Positions 27,045 through 36,672 of a DNA stretch of 64,000 bases are shown in pieces. A program made the translations under genes and the position numbers. The first letter of the stretch is position 1. Each line of letters starts with the position of its first letter. The notes beneath the pieces are model-generated. The model was not told where the DNA came from. It did no database searches and saw nothing but the letters and a program-made list of their open reading frames with translations. Source of the stretch: Elusimicrobiota bacterium (lineage in GTDB: Bacteria > Elusimicrobiota > Elusimicrobia > UBA1565); the NCBI GenBank assembly GCA_041650695.1, contig JBAZKS010000026.1:1559-65558 (forward strand). The letters are read 5' to 3'.

Positions 27045-27949
27045 GGCGAAACCTTCGTCCCCTCCGGCTCCTTCTTCGGCGTCAGTATCCTCACGATCTC
27101 CTTGCCGGTCTCGCAGTCCTTCCGCCGCTCCCCCTCGGGAGGCAGATAGCGCGCGAATTTCGCCAGGTCGCAGCGGTCCAGCAGGTTCTTGGTCATGGAG
27201 CGCGCCTTGGGCTCCAGCGCTCCCCGGATCATGTGCCGCTGGAGGTCCTGGGTGGTCATGGACATGGCCTGCACGTTGTGGCGGCGTTCGAGATAGGTGC
27301 GCAGGATGTCCGAGATGCCGTCGTAGAACTCCTTGACCGGCAGGCCGCCCGTGAGCAGGGCATCGAGGTCCGCGAGAGCGATTTCCTCGAAGGTGCGGTT
27401 GTCCTGTACGGCCCCCCGGCCTGCGGCGGCCAGGGCGGCTTTTTTCTTCCTATATCGGTCGTATGCGTACGCTCCGGCGCCCGCGGCCGCCAGCAGGAGC
27501 AGCAGCCACGGCCACAGCCTCGGGCTCCAGGGGCCCCGGATGTCGCGGATGTCGCCGGTGTCGCGCAGGCTGGGCGGCGGAGGCTGCACCGTCACCTCCA
27601 CGGCCGGGCTCGTCAGCGTCGAGGCGGAGCCGGCGGCGTTCTTCAGGGTCCAATCCAAGGGAGCGAGGCTCTGGCTGCCGAGCGCGAAGACCGCCACGCG
27701 CATCCGAAGGTCCTGGGCCTTGGCGCCTCCGCGCTCCTGCGCGGGCTGGAACTCGACCGAGAGTATCTCCCAGGGCCCCATCTTCTCCTTCCACGCCTCC
27801 GGCTGCGGCTCCAGCGTCGAGCCGGCGGGGAATTCGGCGGTGCCGAGGATTTCGAAGGGCATGCCGATGAGCACGGTCGTGCTCGTGGGCGCGAGCTGGA
27901 ATCCGGCGGCGAAGGCGCCGCAGGCCGCCAGCAGGAGGAGCCCCGTCAC
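27041..27949 (-). CDS. DUF4381-like membrane protein of the Bat/MoxR operon
   Basis: Signal/TM, a beta-rich domain and an internal TM. Its position between DUF58 and BatA is conserved in such operons. Confidence 0.4.
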   Translation of the reverse strand: MTGLLLLAACGAFAAGFQLAPTSTTVLIGMPFEILGTAEFPAGSTLEPQPEAWKEKMGPWEILSVEFQPAQERGGAKAQDLRMRVAVFALGSQSLAPLDWTLKNAAGSASTLTSPAVEVTVQPPPPSLRDTGDIRDIRGPWSPRLWPWLLLLLAAAGAGAYAYDRYRKKKAALAAAGRGAVQDNRTFEEIALADLDALLTGGLPVKEFYDGISDILRTYLERRHNVQAMSMTTQDLQRHMIRGALEPKARSMTKNLLDRCDLAKFARYLPPEGERRKDCETGKEIVRILTPKKEPEGTKVSP

Positions 27950-28827
27950 CTGAGCCTCCGGGAGCGTTCCCGGAAGAAGCGGGCGATGGGATCGATGAAG
28001 GGTTCGTCGGTGCGGACGCGGATGTGGTCGATGCCGGAGGAGCGCAGGAGTTCCAGCAGGGCTTGGCGCCGTTCCCGGCGCCGGCCGGCCACCTTGTCGC
28101 GCACCGCGGCGGAGGAGGCCTCCAGCAGGACGCGCTCCCCGGTCTCCGGGTCCCGGGTCTCCACGTACGCTCCGATCTTCGGGAGCTCGTCCTCGCGCGG
28201 GTCGTCCACGATGATCGGGATGAGGTCGTGCTTCTTGGCGGTGCGCCGGAGGACGCTGTCGAAGCCCTCGTCCTGGAAGTCCGAGACCAGCAGGACGATG
28301 GCCCGCCGGTGGAGCATCCGGTTGAGGGTGTCGAGGCTAGCCCCGATGGACGTCCCCGTGCGCTTGGGCTCGAAGGCCAGAAGGTCCCGGATGATCATCA
28401 GGACATGCCGGCGGCCTTTGCGCGGCGGGATGAAGCGCTCCGGGCCGTCGGTGAAGAGGAAGAGTCCGACCTTGTCGTTGTTCTTGAGCGCGGAGAACGC
28501 GAGGACCGCGGCCAGCTCCGCCGCCGTCTCGCGCTTGAGCTTGCCCCTGGACCCGAAGAACTGCGACCCCGAGAGGTCGCAGGCCACGATGAGGGTGAGC
28601 TCGCGCTCCTCCTGGTACTCCCGGACGAAGGGGCGGCCGATGCGCGCGGTCACGTTCCAGTCGATGGACCGGATGTCGTCGCCCGGCAGGTACTCGCGGA
28701 CCTGGGAGAACTCCATGCCGCGCCCCTTGAAGACGCTCAGGTACTTGCCCGCGAATGTCTCGTTGACGAGACGCCCGGTGCGGATCTCGATGCGGCGGAC
28801 CTGCGCGAGGATCTCCCTCGGAAGCAT
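27946..28827 (-). CDS. DUF58-domain protein
   Basis: DUF58 motif FKGRGMEFSQVREYLPGDDIRSIDWNVTAR. Directly downstream of the MoxR gene. Confidence 0.75.
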   Translation of the reverse strand: MLPREILAQVRRIEIRTGRLVNETFAGKYLSVFKGRGMEFSQVREYLPGDDIRSIDWNVTARIGRPFVREYQEERELTLIVACDLSGSQFFGSRGKLKRETAAELAAVLAFSALKNNDKVGLFLFTDGPERFIPPRKGRRHVLMIIRDLLAFEPKRTGTSIGASLDTLNRMLHRRAIVLLVSDFQDEGFDSVLRRTAKKHDLIPIIVDDPREDELPKIGAYVETRDPETGERVLLEASSAAVRDKVAGRRRERRQALLELLRSSGIDHIRVRTDEPFIDPIARFFRERSRRLR

Positions 28828-28856
28828 GGCTGTGTGTGGGTCCGGCCCCTCCGTGC

Positions 28857-29846
28857 CTAGGGCACTTCGACCGTCTCGAAAACGGCGCGCAGTATGTCCT
28901 CGGAGGTCACGTTCTCGGCCTCGGCCTCGTAGCTCACGAGGATGCGGTGGCGCAGTACGTCCGGGCCGATGGACTTCACGTCCTCCGGCGTGACGAAGCC
29001 CCGACTGTTGATGAAGGCGAAGGCCTTCGCGGCCGTGGTCAGGAAGATGGTGGCGCGCGGGCTCCCTCCGTAGCGGATGAGCGGCTTGAGCTTCTCCAGG
29101 CGGTACTTCGACGGGTCGCGGGTCGCGAAGACGATGTCGATGATGTAGTTCTTCACCTTCTCGTCGACGTATATCTCCTCGACGACCTTGCGCGCCGAGG
29201 CGATATGCGCCTGCGTGACGATGCGCCTGGCCTGGGGCGGCTTGGGCGCCGTCATGCGCTCGAGGATGACGCGCTCCTCTTCCTTGCGGGGGTAGTCGAG
29301 GACGACCTTGAGCATGAACCGGTCCACCTGCGCCTCCGGGAGCGGGTAGGTCCCCTCCTGCTCGATGGGGTTCTGGGTCGCGAGCACCATGAAGAGCTCG
29401 GGAAGCGGATAGGTGTGCTCGCCGATGGTGACCTGCCGCTCCTGCATCGCCTCCAGGAGCGCGCTCTGCACCTTCGCCGGGGCGCGGTTGATCTCATCGG
29501 CCAGCACGAGGTTGGCGAAGAGCGGACCTTTGCGGACGAAGTAATTGCTGCTCTGCGGGTTGAAGATGAGCGTGCCGGTGAGGTCGGCGGGCAGCAGGTC
29601 CGGCGTGAATTGGATGCGCTGGAACTTCGCGTCGATGGCGGAGGCCAGGGTGCTGATGGTCAGCGTCTTGGCCAGCCCCGGGACCCCCTGCAGCAGGACG
29701 TGTCCCTTGGCCAGGAGGGCGACGAGGAGGCGGTCCAGCATCTCCTCCTGGCCCACGATCACGCTGGAGAGCTCTTTCTTGAGCTCGGTGACGAACACGC
29801 TCTCCGCCTGGACCTTGGAGTTTATCTGCCGGATATCGAGTGTCAT
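28857..29846 (-). CDS. MoxR-family AAA+ ATPase (Bat operon)
   Basis: Walker A (GLAKT) and Walker B (VLADEINR). Paralog of the 20250..21221 MoxR. Confidence 0.8.
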   Translation of the reverse strand: MTLDIRQINSKVQAESVFVTELKKELSSVIVGQEEMLDRLLVALLAKGHVLLQGVPGLAKTLTISTLASAIDAKFQRIQFTPDLLPADLTGTLIFNPQSSNYFVRKGPLFANLVLADEINRAPAKVQSALLEAMQERQVTIGEHTYPLPELFMVLATQNPIEQEGTYPLPEAQVDRFMLKVVLDYPRKEEERVILERMTAPKPPQARRIVTQAHIASARKVVEEIYVDEKVKNYIIDIVFATRDPSKYRLEKLKPLIRYGGSPRATIFLTTAAKAFAFINSRGFVTPEDVKSIGPDVLRHRILVSYEAEAENVTSEDILRAVFETVEVP

Positions 29847-30502
29847 TACCTGGGCTCCTCCTTCAGCCTTTTGTTGAAGAAGGAGGCGGTCTTCATCCTC
29901 TGGATTTCCTCCGTCTTCTTGCGCACCAGCTCCTCGTACTGCGCGCGGAGCTCGTCCTGCATCTGCTTGTGCGAGGCGTCGGTCTTGGCCTGGATGAGCC
30001 CGAGCGTGTGCAGGGCCTGCATGCGGACGTCGGGCTCGGAGTCCGTCAGGGCCTTGACGATGTAGGGGGCCGTCTTGGGGTCTCCGATCTCGCCCAGGGC
30101 CACGAGGGCGGCCAGGCGGATGTCCTTCTCCGAGTCGTCGAGCGCCTTGACGATGTCCTTGGTGACGTCGGGCTTGCCCGAGCCCTTGAGGATGTCGAGG
30201 GCTTTGCGCCGGACCACCTGCTCCGTATCGATGGCCAGGGTCTTCTCCAGCATCTCGAAGGCCATGGGATCCCGTACGCGGTGCAGGAACTCGATGGCCG
30301 CCCAGCGGACCTGGGGATCCGCGTCCTGGGTCGCGAGGCGGACCTTGCCGATGTCCGTGTCGGTGAGGATCGGCGGCGGCTCTTTGTCGAGCGCGGGCGG
30401 GGGCGGGAGGGGCTCTTCGACGGGGGCGGCGGGCCTGTGCTTGACATGGTAGATGTAGTACATGCCGCCGAGGAGCACGCCGAGCATCAGGAGCCTTGCC
30501 AT
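29846..30502 (-). CDS. Membrane-anchored HEAT-repeat (PBS-lyase-like) protein
   Basis: N-terminal TM, a Pro-rich linker, then repeated DxDxxVRxxAxxALGxIGD motifs. Its stop abuts the MoxR start. Confidence 0.5.
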   Translation of the reverse strand: MARLLMLGVLLGGMYYIYHVKHRPAAPVEEPLPPPPALDKEPPPILTDTDIGKVRLATQDADPQVRWAAIEFLHRVRDPMAFEMLEKTLAIDTEQVVRRKALDILKGSGKPDVTKDIVKALDDSEKDIRLAALVALGEIGDPKTAPYIVKALTDSEPDVRMQALHTLGLIQAKTDASHKQMQDELRAQYEELVRKKTEEIQRMKTASFFNKRLKEEPR

Positions 30503-30505
30503 GGG

Positions 30506-31165
30506 CTATTTCTTCTGTTGCGGCTGCTTCTTCTTCAGTTCCGCTTCCTGTCGGCGCTTCATCTCGTCCTCCCAGGTGCGCATCTTGACGTCGTGCTGGC
30601 GCTGCTGCTCCTGTATCTGCTGGGCCCGCGCTCCCTCCAGCAGCTTGAGCGTGCGCAGCGCCTCCAGCCGCACGCGCTCGTCCGTGTCGCGGATCGCCTC
30701 GCTGATGTCGGAGGACGCGTTGACGTCCCCGACCTTGGCGAGGGCGATGAGCGCGGCCAGCCGGACCTCCACGTCCGTGTCCCGCAGGGACTCCACGAGG
30801 TTCTTCGTCACGATCGACCCCCTGCGGTCGGACACGATGCCTACGATGTTCCTCCGGATGGTCGCGTCCGAGTCCCGGTGGAGCATGTAGTAGAGCATCT
30901 CTTCGGACTGCGGGTCGTTGGCCTGGACCAGGAACTGCACGGCCTCCCAGCGGACGAGGGGGTCCGAGTCCTTGGTGGCGGAGCGCACCCGTTCCAGGGA
31001 TTCTTTGTCGAGCACCGGCGGCGGAGGCGCGGTCATCTCGGGCGGCGGAGGCGGGAGTTCCACCACGGCCTGCTGTTTCGCCTCCGGCTTCGTGGCTTCC
31101 ATATATCGGTTGTAGCCGAGATAGCCGAGCAGACCCAATCCGACTAGGATCGCGATGTAGCGCAT
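30506..31165 (-). CDS. Membrane-anchored HEAT-repeat protein (paralog)
   Basis: Same architecture as 29846..30502, with a basic/Gln-rich C-terminal tail. Confidence 0.5.
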   Translation of the reverse strand: MRYIAILVGLGLLGYLGYNRYMEATKPEAKQQAVVELPPPPPEMTAPPPPVLDKESLERVRSATKDSDPLVRWEAVQFLVQANDPQSEEMLYYMLHRDSDATIRRNIVGIVSDRRGSIVTKNLVESLRDTDVEVRLAALIALAKVGDVNASSDISEAIRDTDERVRLEALRTLKLLEGARAQQIQEQQRQHDVKMRTWEDEMKRRQEAELKKKQPQQKK

Positions 31166-31204
31166 ATCACTCTCCCGGCGTAGACATCATGGACTATGTA
31201 TTTA

Positions 31205-31663
31205 TCAAAAATCGCCTGACGATGCCAATAGATTGACACCGGCGGCGCGCCGGAGGTTCCCTTCCCGATCGGGTTTGTCCGGGGAGAGCAAGCGCTTCGG
31301 CCAGTCCCAGAAGGCCTTCTTGAGCAGCCAGAACGGAGCGCCGACGGCATAGGAAAGGCCTTTGCCCAGGTAGACTCCGCCGCACACGCCGGCATGCGCG
31401 AACCGGGGGATCGGCTCGTCCCGCCGTTTGTCCGAGACGCCGGCTTCGACGATATCCGCGGGGACGAAGGCCAGCGCGAGCGCCGTCCCCACGACTCCGC
31501 CCGGAGCCGCGGCGATGGAGGCCGGGACGTTTACGAAGGGGCCTTCCCCCTCCCAAGGCCATTTGCCGCCTGGACAGCCGAACGGGTCGGGTCGGGGCTC
31601 CTCGGCGCGCAGACCGCCGCAGGCGAGGAGCAGGACCGCCAACGGCATCCATGGCCTGATCAT
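31205..31663 (-). CDS. Putative lipoprotein, hypothetical
   Basis: Signal peptide with an LLAC lipobox. I prefer it to the overlapping 31194..31751 alternate-frame ORF. Confidence 0.35.
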   Translation of the reverse strand: MIRPWMPLAVLLLACGGLRAEEPRPDPFGCPGGKWPWEGEGPFVNVPASIAAAPGGVVGTALALAFVPADIVEAGVSDKRRDEPIPRFAHAGVCGGVYLGKGLSYAVGAPFWLLKKAFWDWPKRLLSPDKPDREGNLRRAAGVNLLASSGDF

Positions 31664-31797
31664 GTGATGGGTAGATATTATAATAGAACGGATACGGTCC
31701 CATAAGTCCCATCCCGCGTTTGGGCCAAATGCCCGGCAGGGCCCAGACCAAAAGGCTCTATCCTCGAGTTCGGGCGTGCTTTAGAATATCCTTACCT

Positions 31798-34122
31798 ATG
31801 AGACGGGTGCCGCGCATAAGAAAGGCGGTGGCCGTGGCTTTGACCGCCGCTTTGCTCTGGGTGACCCCCGGAGTGGGGACGTATTCCGCCCTCGCGAACG
31901 CCGGCGTCGTGTCCATCCAGGTCCAGATCCCCGTCGGAGGAGCCACGGTCGGCGGGGCGGGCGCGGGCTTGGTCATCCCCGGCGGCCTGACGACCCCGTT
32001 GAGAGGTCCGGGCCTGAACGGCAACTTCAACATCAATCCGCCGCCGGCCCCGGCCGGGCGGATGCCTTCCATCTCCCCGACCCTGGCCCCCTCGCTGAGC
32101 CTCCCCGCTTCCGCGGTGCAGGCCGGCGAAGCCGCCGCGAGGCTCTCCCGGGCGCAGCCCGTGCCGGTGGGCGGTCCCGGCTCTTTCGAGTTCTATCCAG
32201 TCCCGCTGCCGATGGCCAAGACGAACGCGTCGTTCGATCCGACATCGAGAGATCCTGCCGTCTCCGCGCGGCAGTCCGCGAGCGCCCTCGCGGCAGCGGC
32301 CTCGTTCAAGGCCCCCCAGAACCTGCAGGATGTCTCGGACTCCCTGCAGCCCCTGCGCGGACAGCCCAACCGTCTGGGCGAGAGGTTCAAGGCCCTGCTC
32401 GAGTCGTTCGGGATGCGCAAGGACGCCGACCTGACTCCCCGGTCTTCTCGGACGGACTCATTCAAGGGAGCCGTCTCGGCGCAATCGCCTGTCTTGGAGC
32501 AGCCTGTCCAGGAGAGCGTCGTGCAGGACTCCCCCCTCCCGCTCAAGCCCCCGACGGCGCTGGCCCTGCGGTCGTCGCAGGACGAGTCCCTGAGCGTGGT
32601 CATCGAGGAGTTCCCATCCGTCGTCGCGAAGGGCGTGGAGGCCGGGGTCGAGATCGTCGGCCGGGCTTCTCCCGCTGAAAGGGGATCCCCCGCCAAGAAG
32701 AACCCCTGGCTGGGGCTGGGCAAGGTGGCGGTGATGTTCATCGCGTCGCTCGTCGTGGCCCAGATCGGGGTCGAGGCTCTCGGCGCGGCGCTCCCGACCC
32801 TGGTGCAGAAGGCGTTCGGCGATTTCACGGCCGTCGCGCAGCTGGCCATCTTCGCCTCCGTGGCTTCCGTGGTCGGGAGGCAGGCCGGGCCTCTGGCCAT
32901 CGACAAGTTCGGGCTCAAGAACTCCTACCTGTGGTCGAGCGCCATACGCCTGGCGTCCATCTCCCTGCTCGCCGGGCTGCTGGCCACGGGGAACATGACG
33001 CTGCCTCTCATGACGCTGTTCTATTCGATCAACGGTCTGCTGAGCGGGGTGTCTTTGACCGCGATGGAGAGCATCCCCCCCGCCCTGGTTGGGCAGGACC
33101 CGGGCCGCATCGAGAAGTTCTGGACTTGGGAGCAGACCATCCTGGAGATCATCGGGATCACCGGCCCCATCGCCACAGGCGCCCTGGTGGCGAGTTTCGG
33201 CTTCCTGCCCGCTCTGATCGCGTTCCCGGTCACCATGGCGGCGTCTTTGGCCGTCGTGCTCGCGACCTTGAGGATCCCGAAGCAGTTCGAGGAGCCGAAG
33301 AGGGCGTCCGCTCCTCAGCAGGGGACGCACGGGTTCGTGGCCAAGATTCTGCATGGGGCCAAGCTGGTCTGGCAGAACCCCTTGCTGCGCTACTCGTTCT
33401 TGGCCTACACCGTGTACCTGATGCTCAACCCCTACCTTTATACCATGATCGCGCCGGCCTACGGCCTGCGCCTGGTTGGAGAAGCGAACGCGGAACTGGC
33501 GACGAGCGTCATCGGCTGGCTGACCGGGCTCTACAGCGCGGGCGGGCTGCTGGGCGGCTTCCTGATGATGGGCGAGCAGCGCCGGACCGAGGCCCGCAAG
33601 GCCGCCATGCGAAAGGCCGAGGAAGAGAAGAGCGGGCCGATCTCCGATGAGGACTGGGCCAAGCGGATCGCGCCCTGGGAGCGCGAGATCCTGCGCAAGT
33701 CCATGCTGCGCTGGATGCTCTACGGCACGGCCGGACTGGCGTCCTTCGCGACCCTGATGTTCCCCCTTCCGACGCTGGGCTCGCTGGTGGCGCTGCCGGC
33801 CTGGCTCGGCTGGCTGGGCACGCTCACGCTTCCCGCTTTGGCCTTGGTGCCCTTCGGCGTCGCCCAGGTCGCGGTCGTGCTCAAGCTCCGCAGCTTCTTC
33901 CAGTCCCGCGTCCCGGAAGAGAAGGATATCCCGGATGCCATGGGCTTCTTCGGCGCCGGCTCGCTGGCGGCCAGTACGCTGGGACTGCTGGCCCTGAAGT
34001 ACGTGTTCAAGGCCGGGGCGGGCCTGCTTCCCTTCTATTGGATCGCGCTCTCCATGATCCCGTTGGGGCTGTTCTACCTCTACCTCAAGAACCGTCTGGA
34101 CCGGAATTCCAGGCCGGCCTGA
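31798..34122 (+). CDS. MFS transporter with a ~330-aa N-terminal Pro/Ala/Ser-rich extension
   Basis: C-terminal 12-TM MFS-like body. The N-terminal half is low-complexity and opens with a signal-like helix. The start is uncertain and could be as early as 31720. Confidence 0.5.
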   Translation: MRRVPRIRKAVAVALTAALLWVTPGVGTYSALANAGVVSIQVQIPVGGATVGGAGAGLVIPGGLTTPLRGPGLNGNFNINPPPAPAGRMPSISPTLAPSLSLPASAVQAGEAAARLSRAQPVPVGGPGSFEFYPVPLPMAKTNASFDPTSRDPAVSARQSASALAAAASFKAPQNLQDVSDSLQPLRGQPNRLGERFKALLESFGMRKDADLTPRSSRTDSFKGAVSAQSPVLEQPVQESVVQDSPLPLKPPTALALRSSQDESLSVVIEEFPSVVAKGVEAGVEIVGRASPAERGSPAKKNPWLGLGKVAVMFIASLVVAQIGVEALGAALPTLVQKAFGDFTAVAQLAIFASVASVVGRQAGPLAIDKFGLKNSYLWSSAIRLASISLLAGLLATGNMTLPLMTLFYSINGLLSGVSLTAMESIPPALVGQDPGRIEKFWTWEQTILEIIGITGPIATGALVASFGFLPALIAFPVTMAASLAVVLATLRIPKQFEEPKRASAPQQGTHGFVAKILHGAKLVWQNPLLRYSFLAYTVYLMLNPYLYTMIAPAYGLRLVGEANAELATSVIGWLTGLYSAGGLLGGFLMMGEQRRTEARKAAMRKAEEEKSGPISDEDWAKRIAPWEREILRKSMLRWMLYGTAGLASFATLMFPLPTLGSLVALPAWLGWLGTLTLPALALVPFGVAQVAVVLKLRSFFQSRVPEEKDIPDAMGFFGAGSLAASTLGLLALKYVFKAGAGLLPFYWIALSMIPLGLFYLYLKNRLDRNSRPA

Positions 34123-34144
34123 GATTTATTGTAGTATTACCCCC

Positions 34145-34936
34145 ATGATGGAAGCCCCGCTGCGGCCCGCGAGGGTCACGGACCGGTTCCTCGCCTATCT
34201 CGTCGATGTGGTCCCGTTCGGCGCGGCGTACTACCTCCTGCTGTACCTGCTCATCGTGCGCCTGAGGCTTTTGCCCAACACCCCTCTCGCCTGGAAGCAC
34301 GGGATGCTCGCGTGTCTGGCCCTTTTCCTCGTCTATCAGGTGGTGGGGAATCTCCGCGGGGCCACGCTCGGCAAGCGGATGTTCGGGCTGCGCGTCGTGG
34401 GCCTCGAGGGCGACGCGCTCACGACCGGCCAGGCGGTGATGCGGGCCTTCGGGTACCTGCTGAGCACCCCGTTGTTGAATCTGGGGTTCCTCTGGAGCCT
34501 TTTCGACTCCCGATCCAGGACTTGGCACGATCTGCTGGCCGGGACCTGGGTGGTGGAGTCGCGGCCGCGCTCACGCGTCTGGGCGCTGCTCTCGGCCCTG
34601 CTTTCCTTCGCCGCGTTCGCGCTCATCGTGGGCGGCAACGTCTGGTGGTACGTCCTGCGGCCGACCCCCCACGACCTTCAGGCCGTAGCCCGGGCCCGGG
34701 AGGGTCTCCAGGCGCTGGCCACGCTCCAGGAGGTGCGCAAGGCCGCCGAGGGCTCCTACACCGAGAGCTTGGCCGACCTGGCCCGGGCGAGCGGGGATGT
34801 GCAGCGCTTCAAGGCGGCGATGCAGAAGATCTTCGATCCGAACGGCTTCGTGCTCCTGGCGGACGAGCAGGGCTTCGAGATTCGCGCGCGCGCGCTGGAC
34901 CGCCGGCGCACGGTGGTCGTCTACACGTATCCCTAA
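34145..34936 (+). CDS. RDD-family membrane protein with a C-terminal extension
   Basis: RDD motif region (RxxAxLVDxV...GxLGKRMFGLRVV) with three TMs. Confidence 0.55.
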   Translation: MMEAPLRPARVTDRFLAYLVDVVPFGAAYYLLLYLLIVRLRLLPNTPLAWKHGMLACLALFLVYQVVGNLRGATLGKRMFGLRVVGLEGDALTTGQAVMRAFGYLLSTPLLNLGFLWSLFDSRSRTWHDLLAGTWVVESRPRSRVWALLSALLSFAAFALIVGGNVWWYVLRPTPHDLQAVARAREGLQALATLQEVRKAAEGSYTESLADLARASGDVQRFKAAMQKIFDPNGFVLLADEQGFEIRARALDRRRTVVVYTYP

Positions 34937-34997
34937 CAGCTGTTGCTTTATGGGGAATTCCCTAAAAAGAAGATGAAGTCGTTCTGCTGTTGAGAAA

Positions 34998-35033
34998 CTT
35001 CGTCCTCACGCCGCTGTTGGCGTGAGGACGAAG
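34998..35033. terminator. Bidirectional terminator hairpin between convergent genes
   Basis: Perfect 15-bp stem CTTCGTCCTCACGCC-gctgtt-GGCGTGAGGACGAAG. Confidence 0.6.
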
Positions 35034-35064
35034 TTCCGCGCACGAGGCGCGGAGGAGATGCCGT

Positions 35065-36672
35065 TCAGTACTCCAATAACGCCCACCGCGAGCTCGGCGA
35101 CGGGCTCCAGACGTCCCAGGTCCTGCTGATCGAACGCAGATAGGGAAGCTCTTTCTTCGCCGAGACCACGAAGGTCTTGCGGCCCGGCTGGGGCAGCGCC
35201 CGGATGCGTTCATCATCGCCGAAGCGGTGCTGGAAGCGGGGGAGGCGTTTTGCGTAGTACAGCTCGCCGACCCAGTTGACGAGGTCGACCGGGCCCCCCG
35301 TATAGAACGCGATCCCGTGGACGTAGGTGTCGTAGCAGATGACGCTCGGCTCGAGCCCGCGGGCCCGGGCGCTCTCCATGCGCGAGCGCGCCTCCAAGGC
35401 CACGCTGCGGACGCTGATGCGGTCCTCCACGCACCGCATCGCGGCGAGGACCATGGAGTCGGCGCACAGAGCCATGGCCGAGGCGAGGGCGAAGGAACGG
35501 AGCATGGAGCCCTCGACCGCGGCGGACGCCCCGAGCAGGACCAGGGCTGAGGCCGCGAGGGCCCAGGGGTGGCTTCCCGGCAGCTGGAGGCGGGGCAGGA
35601 CGAACGGCCCGATCGCGCAGCCGGCCACGAAAAGCGCGGCCAGGCCAGCGGCCAGACGGCCGGCCCAGCGTTCAGGGACGCTCCCCCGGGCTTTGCTCAG
35701 GAGCCCGGCGGCGAGCACCGCTTGATGCGGGAAGAGCGGCAGGATATAGGTCAACAGCTTGGATTTCGAGAGAGTGAAGAACGCGAAGACCCCCAGGACC
35801 CAGAGCGCGAGCTGGCGGTCTTTCGGATCCGAGGCGCGCCAGCGCAGCAGCGGGAAGAGCACGGCCGGCAGGATGAGCGGGGTCCAGGGCATGGGGCCGA
35901 GGAACTCGACAGTGAAGAAGTAGTACCAGGGGCCGGGCCGGTTGTACTCCGGGGTCAGATAGCGCTGGAGGTTCTGCTCGACGACGAAGAAGCGCGTGAA
36001 TCCGGGGTGGGAGGCTTCCATGGCGATGAACCAGCTGCCGATCACGGCCGCGAAGACGAGCGTGCCCCAGTTGAAGGCGAGACGCGTGATGCCCTTGCGG
36101 AGGTCCGGGAACAAGGCGGCGAGCCCGGCGACCCAGAGGCCGGCGAGGAAGAACGCGACAGGCCCCTTGGAAAGGACTCCGCCAGCCAGCGCGACCCAAG
36201 CCAGCGGACCGGCCCAGCAGTCCTCGGGATGGCGGAGAGAGCGCAGCGCCAGTCCCGTCGCCCATAATAGGAAGACGGAAAGGGCCATGTCCGGAGTGAT
36301 GAAGTGGCTCAAGGCGAAATACTGGACGCCGGTCCCGAGGATGATCGCCGCAGTCGGCCCGGCAGCCGGGCCGTACAGCCAAGCGGCTAGCCACCAGGCG
36401 CCCAGCATCCCCAATATGGAAAGGAGGGCGAGGGGGAGGCGGGCGGCCGCTTCGCTCGTGCCCAGCAGGCGATAGGAGGCCGCGGAGAGCCAGTAGATCA
36501 GCGGAGGTTTCTCGATGTAGTCGACGTAGTCGAGCGTCGGCGAGAGCCAGTCCCCCCTCTCGGCCATCTCGCGCGGGACCTCGGCATACCGGGCGTCGTC
36601 AACCTCCCACAACGGATGGCCGAGGTCCCAGAGCGGGGTCGTGAGGGCCAGCGCGAGGATGAGCTTGTTCAC
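35065..36672 (-). CDS. ArnT/PMT-like (GT39/GT83) membrane glycosyltransferase
   Basis: Multi-TM protein whose N-terminal DxD-like loop (VDDARYAE) is typical of the PMT_2/ArnT family. The likely start is a GTG at 36672. Upstream ORF residues are frame noise overlapping pfpI. Confidence 0.5.
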   Translation of the reverse strand: MNKLILALALTTPLWDLGHPLWEVDDARYAEVPREMAERGDWLSPTLDYVDYIEKPPLIYWLSAASYRLLGTSEAAARLPLALLSILGMLGAWWLAAWLYGPAAGPTAAIILGTGVQYFALSHFITPDMALSVFLLWATGLALRSLRHPEDCWAGPLAWVALAGGVLSKGPVAFFLAGLWVAGLAALFPDLRKGITRLAFNWGTLVFAAVIGSWFIAMEASHPGFTRFFVVEQNLQRYLTPEYNRPGPWYYFFTVEFLGPMPWTPLILPAVLFPLLRWRASDPKDRQLALWVLGVFAFFTLSKSKLLTYILPLFPHQAVLAAGLLSKARGSVPERWAGRLAAGLAALFVAGCAIGPFVLPRLQLPGSHPWALAASALVLLGASAAVEGSMLRSFALASAMALCADSMVLAAMRCVEDRISVRSVALEARSRMESARARGLEPSVICYDTYVHGIAFYTGGPVDLVNWVGELYYAKRLPRFQHRFGDDERIRALPQPGRKTFVVSAKKELPYLRSISRTWDVWSPSPSSRWALLEY

